Source: Amoebidium appalachense (Eukaryota > Protista > Ichthyosporea). From it: a stretch of 64,000 nucleotides of DNA. Shown piece by piece: positions 36,732-64,000 of the stretch (the stretch's first letter is position 1; every line of letters begins with the position of its first letter). Below the pieces are notes generated by a model. That model was not told the origin of the DNA. It did no database searches and worked only from the letters and a program-made list of their open reading frames with translations. The stretch spans positions 5,856,509 to 5,920,508 of the forward strand of contig CAVNZM010000003.1 of the NCBI GenBank assembly GCA_963693365.1, in the 5' to 3' direction. The position numbers and the translations under genes are program-made.

Positions 36732-37462
36732 TTTCTTTTACTAAAGATTTCCGTGGTGGGGGTTTTCAAGCCCACTTCACAAACTTGTTGTGGCCATACC
36801 CTGTATGGCTTCCCTTCTCTCCCTCCTAACCTCTCTAGCCTAACGGTCATCTGACCACTCTCCTATCCTTTTCCTACCTAAGATCTCCCTTGATCTGCTC
36901 CCCCCTCCTCCGAGTCCTCCCACCTTTCGCCTCCGTCTATCCCAGCTTAAGTCACAGTGGGGTAGAGTTGATGTACGTGTATGCTATGCAACGAAACACC
37001 CTATATATATGCGCATAGTATTAGAATCTGCACAAGCCAGACCAGATTCACATCTCGTACTAGATACATGCGCCAACTTTATTGTTGATGATTTAATAGA
37101 TCTCGGTGATTAATTTATGCTGGTGGTGGTAGGAAGGAATATCCCGATGCTCTCTTGTTACCAAACACCACTCCCGCTAGACTAGGTGGACCCCTGTCTC
37201 AAAGGTGGCATCATTTGCATGCCCAAACAACACACACACACACACCAGTTTAACCGGTCATGTATCGCCAGATGTAGTTTGATAGACCACAAAATACCGC
37301 AACACACACACGTCACATTCACAACAGACACCCAGAAAGATAGCCTACCTGTAAATTACAACATCCTTGATTTTATACTAAACACACGTAACTACGACCT
37401 GTTTATTGGATGTATTGATTGGCTTGAGAAACACATCACTACAAAATTCTAGCGCGCGCGCA

Positions 37463-37554
<92 letters not shown>

Positions 37555-37557
<3 letters not shown>

Positions 37558-37790
37558 CCAGCTGATACCGAGTGTCCCAGGGGAGCCCCTTAAAAAAATA
37601 AAAAAAATAAAAAAAAATAAATAAAAAAACGGGGAACCCCAACTAATTGATTTCTCTTTGTAGTCTTTATGGTGTCTCGTAGAGAAAGTAAACCCTGATA
37701 TATAGTCATCACCCGACATCTATGTACGTGATCATGATATACCGCTGAGGGGATATTCCGAGCAAAAACCCCCCCATACCTGAGACTGGT
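37555..37790 (-). repeat. Right arm of the ~230-bp inverted repeat pair
   Basis: Reverse complement aligns colinearly with 31070-31300. Confidence 0.8.
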
Positions 37791-39101
37791 TTTATACGTA
37801 GCAATTTGCGCTGCAGGAGCTGCGGCAGGTGACGGACACTAGTACTGACGGCCTGCCGAATCAGTGCTGACGTGGAAGCGCGATTTTAGTCTTCTGGTGG
37901 AAGATGAATATAATAGTTTTTACTATACATTTCTATTCATCATCACTATATCAATCTATTTACTTATAAGTTCATTGATGCGCTATTGCATGAGGTGCTG
38001 GCATATGGCAAATTGGCAATCATATGATTGTTGCAAATGGAACGCATGAACGGTCAGGGGGGGGATCGTAATTACGATCAACGAAAGACCCCGATACGAA
38101 TAAGGTTAGGGTGCCGTCGTAACAACTTTCGTATCAGATGTATAGCATTATAAACTCTTTAAGGCCCCCCAATATCTTACTGTACCTAATTTTTTCAATA
38201 TTTCTTTTCAAGAACATATCTACAGCGCTTCTCATGAGCAATATCGAACCCCGACAAGTGTCCAGGGCTTCTAATTTTGCGATACTTAATTTGTAAAAAC
38301 GCGTTTTTGGAGTTTTGTGACTGGAGGGGCTTTTTTAGCTGGGCTTGCAGATCCCCAAGAACCCCCCCGTTTCGATTGAGAAACTGTCGACCGTTACGAT
38401 TGGCCAAAGGACAATACGGTTGACTGAGCTGGCCAACCCCAGCCCAACGGCCCCAACCCTGCATCAAGTTGAAATGTGATTGGAGCATCGTAATAGTCGT
38501 TTCCTATTGGTGGAAACTACCAAATGGCGGTTGATGTGGGAATTCACAGTCAGACAGTGTGTATGCTCGGGTCGAGTGTACTGTCGAGTCACTTGCCGCG
38601 AGTCACGATTGCTCCAAGACATACTGGTCATCATGCCGGAATGACCAATGATAGAGGCTCCGCGTATGTACGTATGTGCACGAAAACAAGGCATAACTAT
38701 ATGCCATATCATAAAATAATTATAAGCGCGACACCTGAAAACAGTAAAACCTTTTAATGCATCGAATTTCGGTTCTAATGTCTTACATACACAATTGTTG
38801 TGTTTTTTGTACATGTAGTGTTGTGCTTGTGCATGCCCCGTCTTCTGATTTTGCTAGGCAAATAGATCTAACAACTTACAACCTCAGCCTCAAGCGCTCA
38901 TTGGCCCACTAAAAAGTAAAGCGCCGCGCTCTAGCCGTTGTCGAAGTTGATTCGACCATTGCCCAGCTGTCGCCATCAGCATAACGGGTACATCACCCAA
39001 ACATGAACGTGCGTTTACCTTTGCTCTACAGCGATGATAAAACGGCTATCTCATACGTGTTTTACCAAACCACAACAGCGATAACATATCAGGGCAAAAA
39101 A

Positions 39102-39857
39102 ATGAAGTTTACAGTTTCGCTCGTAACGCTTCTTTTGGCGGCGGCGGCGGGATCTTCTCCCACCCACCGAAACCAAATCGCAGAACCCTCAACACAGAAG
39201 TTGAAAGATAATATTAATGGTGAAAACATAGAGGCATACGTGAGGGAAACTAAAAGGATAAGACGCATGGCTGCGATTAACACTTCGAGAACTCCCACAA
39301 CAGCACGGGGCCAAACCCCACCGGCAAAAACCTGCTGCAAATCAATGAGTCCCGAGTGTACGGCGTGCTTGCTGCGAATAACACAAGAGGCGTATTGCCA
39401 GAGAACACCTAAACCCGTTGTCTGTCGCATGCCCGTCAAAAACCCCACTCCAACAGCAAACACACGTGCAAACACCAATACTCCCGCGGCGGCGGCGGCA
39501 CCAAAACCCACCGTAGCGACTCTGAAGAGGTCACCGACACCTACGCCTGCCGCCGCTGTCGCACCGAAGAGCACACAAACACAAAACACACAAAACACAC
39601 CCGCCAAACCTACCACTACACCCAATATGGTTAATCCCCCGGTGGCGCAAGCTGCAACGCAAGGAAGCAGGTCGAATTCAAATCCAACCACTTCCGTTCC
39701 AGCTAACCCTGCGACGACCCCAAGAACCCCCCCTGTAATCCCATGGGAAGGATCTATCGAGCAGGAAATGGGGCCTGAGGAAGCGGCGAGAATTTTGGCT
39801 GCAGGGGGGTCTGTGCCTAATAATAATGGAGGGACCCCCACCGGCCCTGCTTCATAA
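39102..39857 (+). CDS. Secreted protein with a CC-x5-C-x2-C-x9-C-x8-C motif and a Pro/Thr/Ala/Asn-rich tail, intronless
   Basis: ATG at 39102 in an A-rich context gives the signal-like MKFTVSLVTLLLAAAAG; basic cluster KRIRR; CCKSMSPECTACLLRITQEAYCQRTPKPVVC; low-complexity mucin-like tail. The ORF track starts it upstream at 39003. Confidence 0.8.
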   Translation: MKFTVSLVTLLLAAAAGSSPTHRNQIAEPSTQKLKDNINGENIEAYVRETKRIRRMAAINTSRTPTTARGQTPPAKTCCKSMSPECTACLLRITQEAYCQRTPKPVVCRMPVKNPTPTANTRANTNTPAAAAAPKPTVATLKRSPTPTPAAAVAPKSTQTQNTQNTPAKPTTTPNMVNPPVAQAATQGSRSNSNPTTSVPANPATTPRTPPVIPWEGSIEQEMGPEEAARILAAGGSVPNNNGGTPTGPAS

Positions 39858-40438
39858 AAAACAATGCTACATTTAACATTTATCGTGTGGCAGTTTTTAT
39901 TTCCCTTTTTTTTTAAAAAAAAAAAAAAAAAAAAATGTTTTTTTGCTCCTGTGTTGGAGCACAAGCATGTACGCTAGATCTTTGAAGGCAAAGTTACGAT
40001 GTAAACAATTTTTTTCGACATGTATGTGTATATATATATATGACTCCTTCGTCTACAGCTGACAAATTAAAGATTTGCAATCAGAGAATAATAAGAATTT
40101 AGTATGCCCACATGGTGTCAATGCATTCGTGTGGACATAACATTAGAATTCGGGTAGTAAAATAACGCTTCACCCGGCCATGACTGCATAGCAGCCGACT
40201 CGTTTCCGTCAGAACGTGTGAATGATTTTTGGCTTACGAGCACCATAAAAATCTGCAATGTAACCGGCTGTTTGTAACTACTATGATGCACTCATTTTAC
40301 GATTGAACACTATCTATAAGCAATAAAAACTGGGTTGTATAGTCTGGTGTTACGTGAAACCTTCGGTGTGCATGTGCTTGTTCGTGACCATGTCCGTTTT
40401 GAATCCGTGGGTGTGCTTGTGCAAATCTTATTTTTTTT

Positions 40439-40472
<34 letters not shown>

Positions 40473-40665
40473 ACGTGTGTGTGTGTGTGTGAGGGGGCGT
40501 GCGTGTTGTGCGTGTACGTGTGTGTGTACACGTGTGTGCATGTGCGCGCGCGTGTCGTGCGTGTGTGTTTGTGTGCGTGTGTGTGTGTGTGCGCGCGCGC
40601 ATGTGTGTGTGTGTGCGTGCGTTGCACCGTGTGTGTGTTTATATGTGCATCGGCGTGTAGCGTGT

Positions 40666-40696
<31 letters not shown>

Positions 40697-41367
40697 GGGG
40701 GGGGGGATAGAGTGCGGAACATGGAACAGAATAGAACTGCACGATAAGAAATACTGTTCAGAACAACATCATTGAAATGCAAACATTCATAAAGTATGCA
40801 ACATCACTATGGCATGCATAATGCGACATCTGTATCTGCAGAACCGGGGGGGGGAGGGGGGGGGGGGGGGGGAGGGGGGGAGCGGGGACAGAGGGGGTTC
40901 ATGATCAAGCAATGACGACTGACTATTTTACTTAAATGCTTGCTGGACTCAGTGTCCATCATATTTATCTATCTTACTAATGTAGGGATTCAGGGGAAAA
41001 AAGAAAAAGGAAAGAAAAAGAAAGAAATATAGTGTAAGAATCATGGGGGGAAAGCCACCTCACCCTATGCTAGTAGTACATTTTACACAATGGCTTTGCT
41101 GGTTTCTAAAATACGACTTATACATTATATCACCACAGCAAAACAAATCTACATCCAGCCATATGTGCCAATCCCCCAAGCCATTACATCGTATGTTATA
41201 ACAGGCTTGGTATTTTTTTAAATTATCGATACATAACTTGTGAAACAGGTTTGCTCGTTTTTTTTTCTTGGCACCGAGTCGGGGTTTAACCTCATGCAGT
41301 ATCTCACGGTGTGCCAGATTCGGGTTTTAACCCCATCTTGTATCTTGAAGTGTAGCATCGACGTATC

Positions 41368-46589
<5,222 letters not shown>

Positions 46590-47943
46590 TGGCGCGTTTT
46601 GGGAAAAGAAAAGATTCCCTTGATCACTTTTCATACACACAGGTAGCTGCTTCTCAAGAGTGAAAGAATCAAATGAACTTTGTTTACAGTTGTCAGTTGC
46701 GTTTTGTACTGTTTTTTTTTTTTTGTTTGTTTTTGCAAGCTAGCCCAGCTGAAGTGCACTTTGTGTTTGTCATTTCGCACCTTGCTGCTTTTTTGGCTCA
46801 GATTCGCGTTCGCTGATTGGCTACGCATGCCTATCCAAGAGGTACGCGGGCTTACCATATATGGAAATTCGGGAGGTTGAATCACGTGACGTGTGTACAG
46901 TGTGTGCCGCGTGTGAGGGTGTGGCATGCATGCGTTACCGTGTGTGCGCGCGTGGCACTGCCGGTTGAGCCGCGAGGTGCGTGCGTGTGCAGGTGTGCCT
47001 GTGTGCCACCTGCGTGTGTGTGCGCATGCGTCTGCCGTGGTGCGTGCACGTGTGCAGGGTGCGCGTACATGCGTGTGTGCGCGCGTGTGTGCGTGTGTGC
47101 GTGCAGTGCGTTGGTGCACGTGCGTGTATGTGCGTGCGTGTGTGGGTGGGTGTGCACACGTGTTCATCGTCAACACACACACACACACACGCACGCACAC
47201 ACACACACACCATATATACTGATGTGTCCGTGGGGAGAGAGAGTTTGAAAGCCTTACTGTACAGGGTTAATCATAGTGGGACTTGTTGGGAATAGGCGTA
47301 CTTAGTGTGTGCATGTGGCTACGATATCGATACGGTACATGATTTGCATGTCTGTATAAAGTTGCATCACGTTTTTGCGGAAGGAACCCCTACGTATATA
47401 TACGTAGCTAGTCACGAGAATTTATTTGGCAAACGAGAACGCATACTGCAATCATGGTTTTGGTGTAGGCTGCTGCCGCACACAACGAATATTAATGCCT
47501 ATGTGTTCCCCTGTAATTCTGCGTAAGTTCGCTTTCTATATCATCACCTATATACAGCATAGTCCACTCAAATTGTAAAATTGCCGACAAGAGAGATTTG
47601 GTTCTGTAATGTATTGAATCTTTGCGCATCACTTGCATCTGTGATTGCCGTGCCTCTCAATTTGTAATGCTTGTATTTGGAATAGGTGTATGCGAGAGAA
47701 ACCCAGTCGTATATAGTATATACAGTTTCTTTGGTTTCGGAACAAAAAATTGGGGGGAAGGGCAGGAGGGAGGGTTGAGGGAGAGAAGGGAAGAAGGGAG
47801 GGAGGGAGAGGAAGGGGGGGGGAAGAGAAACGGAGTCGGAGAGAGAAAGGGGGGAGGGAGAGATAGGGGGGGGGAGATGGGGGGAGGGCCGGGAGAGAGA
47901 AGAGTGAGAGAAAGAGATATAGATAGGCAGCGTGTGTGTGTGT

Positions 47944-48031
<88 letters not shown>

Positions 48032-48335
48032 CACTGTGTGTGTGTGTGTGTGCGCACGTGTGTGTGTGTGTGTGTGGCAAGCGTGAGCACGTACGTCCGT
48101 TAATTTTTTTTTGGGGGGGGAGGGGGGAGGGGCGGCCAGGGGAAGGGGGAGGGGAGGGTTGTTGGGCCTGGGAAATTCTTGAGATGTGTTCTGCTATTAT
48201 AAATTAGATACATTATGTAGAACGAGCATGAGTGTGAAGGTGAATGCAAAGCCCCCGTCCCCTTTTGTCATTCTACCCTCCCCGCCTCCCTCCCCCCATT
48301 TCCTTTGGGTGGGGGGGGGGAAAGGAAGGGGGGAA

Positions 48336-48369
<34 letters not shown>

Positions 48370-48467
48370 CGGAGAGGTGGGAAGTTGGAGGATATGTATT
48401 TGGGTATAATGGAAGTCTGTGTGTGTCTTTGGGGGGGGGGGGGGGGGGGGGGGGGGGAAGGGGGTAA

Positions 48468-60780
<12,313 letters not shown>

Positions 60781-61191
60781 ACCCCGCCCTCCTCCTCCCC
60801 CCCCCACCCCCCCCCCCCCTCCTTCCCCCCCCCCCCCCCCCCCCCCCCCCCTCCTTCCCCTTCCCTGTTCATTTTTTACCAGGCTTGATCCGGGGGAATC
60901 TGGGCCGGGGGGGGGAAGGCAGGGGGAGGAAGAAAGACGGAGGGATGGCGTGGGGGGAAGGCAGGGGGAAGGGGGAAGGGGCGTGGGGGGGGGGGGGGGG
61001 GGTAAGGCAAGGCGGAGGAGGGGAAGGAGGGAGGGGGTTTGGGGGTATTTTTACCGCCAGGCCTCCTTTTTTTTTTTATCACCCTTGAAAACAGCAGGGA
61101 AAGGTATGAATCGGGTTGGTTACACCTACCCATTCCTGTTGAACCCGTGGGTGGGAGGAGTAAGTATGTTTGTGTTCCTTTATGATGTTCT

Positions 61192-61245
<54 letters not shown>

Positions 61246-61680
61246 TTTGTGTGTGCGTGCGTGCGTGCGTACGTGCGTGTTATGGAACTGCTCCAAAATA
61301 AACGATCATAGCACCAGGACATGTGTCCGCAAGTGCATGATCATTCTTTTATGTAAACACGTGTGACTATCATGTGCAGATCACCAAGTGTCACTCCTGA
61401 CATGTGACACTCGCGTCCACACGGCGGACGCACCCATATCATGTTCTGGCACGCGCAGTTCAATGATCTGCGTGCAGGCGGTATCACGTGTGTCACCCGC
61501 CGGCAGGCGACTGCGCACGTCACTATGTTGTGCATCGAATGTACATCAAGAGATTGAGGTAGACCGGGGCTCTGAATCCTAATACCTCCCCCCTCCCGAG
61601 CCACCCCCCCCCCCCCCCCCTCTCTCTCTCTCTCTCCCCCCCCCCCCTCCCTCCCTCATTCCTCACTTGGTGAGGGGATA

Positions 61681-62245
61681 ATATCCTGGATGAACATAAT
61701 GAGGCCAGTGCCTGTAATGCACTTTGCAATTAGGCAATTCTCTTACAATAAATTACAAAAATTAAGCTGCGCTTGCATTCGTTGTTTGCAAAGATGTGTT
61801 CTCACTGATGCTGCCACATATGGTTGAGGGGAAGGGGGGAGGGAGGGGAGGGGAGGGGGGAGGGGGGGGGGGGGGGGGGGGGGGGGGATGAAGTTTTGAA
61901 AAAAGCTTGAGAAGTCAGATATCCGAGGAGGGATCCTATAACTGAAGCACGGGGGTAGGTAAACACCGCTATAGACTGTGCGTGTGTGTGCGTGTGCGTG
62001 TGCGTGTATGCGTGTGTGCGTGTGTGCCTAAGCGTGTGCATGTGCGTGTGCGTGTGCGCGTGCACGTGCGTGTCACGGTGTGCGTGTGTGTGTGCGTTTG
62101 CATGTGTGCGTGTGCGTGTGTACGTGTGCGTGTGCGTGCGCGTGTGCGTGTGCGTGCACTGTTTTTGGTGGGAAGATTAGAGAAACTGAACCTATTTATC
62201 ACCATTGAACAAAGGGAGCAGTTATTCCACGTGTGTGTGGCCCCC

Positions 62246-62285
<40 letters not shown>

Positions 62286-62400
62286 GTAGGGTATCGAATG
62301 AATGCTGGAGCGGAGATGGCATCAGGACTTGATTGCATTCAAGTCCATATATGCCAAAAAAACAAAAAAAAAAAAAAAAAAAAAAAAATCTGGGTAACCC

Positions 62401-62441
<41 letters not shown>

Positions 62442-63186
62442 AAAAAAAAAAAAGAAGAAGAAGAAGAAGAGGGGAGGGGAGGGGTGGATGTGAACGAATG
62501 CTGGAGTGAGATGGCATCGGGACTTTCTATTGCATGCATGCCCGTGTTTGCAAAACTTTTTATCCTAAGAACCCCCTCCCCCCCACACACACACACAAAG
62601 AAAGAAATGAAACACGTCTTCCACGTGTGGGATGATGACCATCCCCCCCCCCCCCCCCCCCCCCTCCCCCCCCCCCGGAGAGAGAGAGAGGGAGAGAAGA
62701 AAAGCAAAGACGTTCCTTCTACCTGTGGGATGATTCCCCCCCCCCCCCCCCCTCCTTCTGGGGGTATGATGTCCTGGATGAATATTCTGAATATCCTGGA
62801 TGAATATTCTGAATATCCTGGATGAATATTCTGAATATCCTGGATGAATATTCTGAATATCCTGGATGAATATTCTGAATATCCTGAATGAATATTCTGA
62901 ATATCCTGGATGAATATTGTGAATATCCTGAATGAATATTCTGAATATCCTGGATGAATATTCTGAGGCCAGTACACCCAATGCACTCTGCAACCTTCAA
63001 GTCCCTCGCAATCATTGCATCAATGAAGCCACGATTATGTTCAGTATTTGCAAGTGTGTCACTGATACTGCCACGTCAGCCGCACGGTGGGGGGGGGGGG
63101 GGGGGTTTAGAAAATCTTGTGTTCGATATTCGAGGTGGGATCCTACAGGTAATACACGGGGGTTGGTGAACACGGCAATCGACTGT
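61681..63186 (+). repeat. Second duplicated family: two diverged direct copies (61681-61980 and 62946-63186)
   Basis: Shared colinear blocks TATCCTGGATGAA..TGAGGCCAGT..AATGCACT.TGCAA, CACTGAT.CTGCCAC, GATAT.CGAGG.GGGATCCTA and CACGGGGGT.GGT.AACAC.GC.AT.GACTGTG. Confidence 0.8.
62772..62966. repeat. 22-bp tandem minisatellite (TCCTGGATGAATATTCTGAATA), about 9 copies
   Basis: Eight full, nearly identical units plus a partial one, with no spacers. Confidence 0.95.
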
Positions 63187-64000
63187 GTGTGTGTGTGTGC
63201 GCGCGCGTGTGCGTGTGTGTGTGCGTGTGTGCGTTTGTGCGTGTATGCGTGTGTGTGTGTACGTGTGCATGTGCGTGAGCGTGAGCGTGTAGCATGTGCA
63301 TGTGCATGTTTGTGTCTCTCTGTGCGATGTGTGTTTTTGTGTCTGTGTGAGTAGACGGACGGGGGGGAGGGGGGGGGCATGACCCTAGGCTCAGGTGCAA
63401 TGCTTGTGCGTATAACTGGCTACTGACTACTACTGAAAAACTAAAATGTGGTAGAGGCTTTTTCGCTTCGCCTTTTTCCTCACCTTCAAGTTGGGATTTC
63501 CGGTCACATCATTTTTTTTTTAAGCATTGTTTGTAGGAGCGACTTATTTTCAGCCCATCAGGCAGAATCTCGGTCATAACCTATCCAGAGCACATTGCCA
63601 AGGCATTCGTCTGCATTTGGCAACTATATTGATGCCCAAAAGTCGCCAAATCAGCACAACCAAACAAATGAAAAAATCGGTGTTGTACCTGCTGAGTTAG
63701 ATTTTGGGACATTTAGCCTGCCAGATCCAAAGATAAGAAGCACTAAGAATGTACGCTAAGAAGTTTTAGTTGAAATACTACATGAAAAAGCAGGATGGAA
63801 TAATGTTGGTAGGAAGATAGGGAAAATCGACCTTTTTGACAAAGCAAAGGAGGAGAACAGTTATTTTGTGTGGGGTGCCAGGAGGGGAGAGGGTGGTGTG
63901 TCTATGTGGGTGGTGGGGGGGGGGGAGTGTCGGTGTCTTTTGTGTGTTAGGGAGCTTTGAATGGAGGTGGTATGTCTAGCGCGTGTGTGGGGATGCAGGT

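Noticed and set aside
36740-36960. Possible retroelement remnant directly downstream of the tRNA
   Set aside because: No recognisable RT or endonuclease motif, poly-A tail or TSD was found; there are only short open frames.
38055-38460. Possible MITE (CAGGG..CCCTG ends, 16-bp palindrome GATCGTAATTACGATC at 38064-38079)
   Set aside because: The terminal match is too short, with no TSD and no second copy in the window.
39089-39964. 291-aa minus-strand ORF
   Set aside because: It is the antisense shadow of the signal-peptide gene on the + strand and starts in a poly-T/A tract.
62772-62966. Possible CRISPR array (short palindromic repeats)
   Set aside because: The units are head-to-tail with no unique spacers, there are no cas genes, and the context is eukaryotic.

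Overview
Eukaryotic genomic DNA (lineage not determinable from sequence alone; it could be a unicellular opisthokont) saturated with (CA/TG)n, (CT/GA)n, (CGTG)n and poly-G/poly-C tracts, so most ORF-track entries are microsatellite artefacts. Real content reconstructed by hand: (1) a ~21-kb, ~20-exon minus-strand gene for a two-ring AAA+ ATPase of the SPATA5L1/AFG2B type (22713->1361), containing what looks like a U12-type AT-AC minor intron (11981-12884); (2) an intronless 1062-aa secreted Thr-rich repeat protein (25010-28198); (3) a Helitron-like 3' terminus at ~34265-34294, with a small spliced orphan gene and a tRNA-Asp(GTC) on its internal side, all lying between a ~230-bp inverted repeat pair (~31070/~37790); (4) an intronless secreted Cys-motif plus Pro/Thr-rich protein (39102-39857); (5) a 7-exon secreted DsbA/thioredoxin-fold gene with a CPDS motif (46589->41368); (6) a ~12-kb array of about 9 diverged, co-oriented repeat units (48468-60780) with conserved blocks flanking a variable segment and no intact ORF, followed by a second duplicated family and a palindromic 22-bp minisatellite. 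No prokaryotic-type systems (CRISPR, operons) are evident. All alignments and splice models were made by eye.
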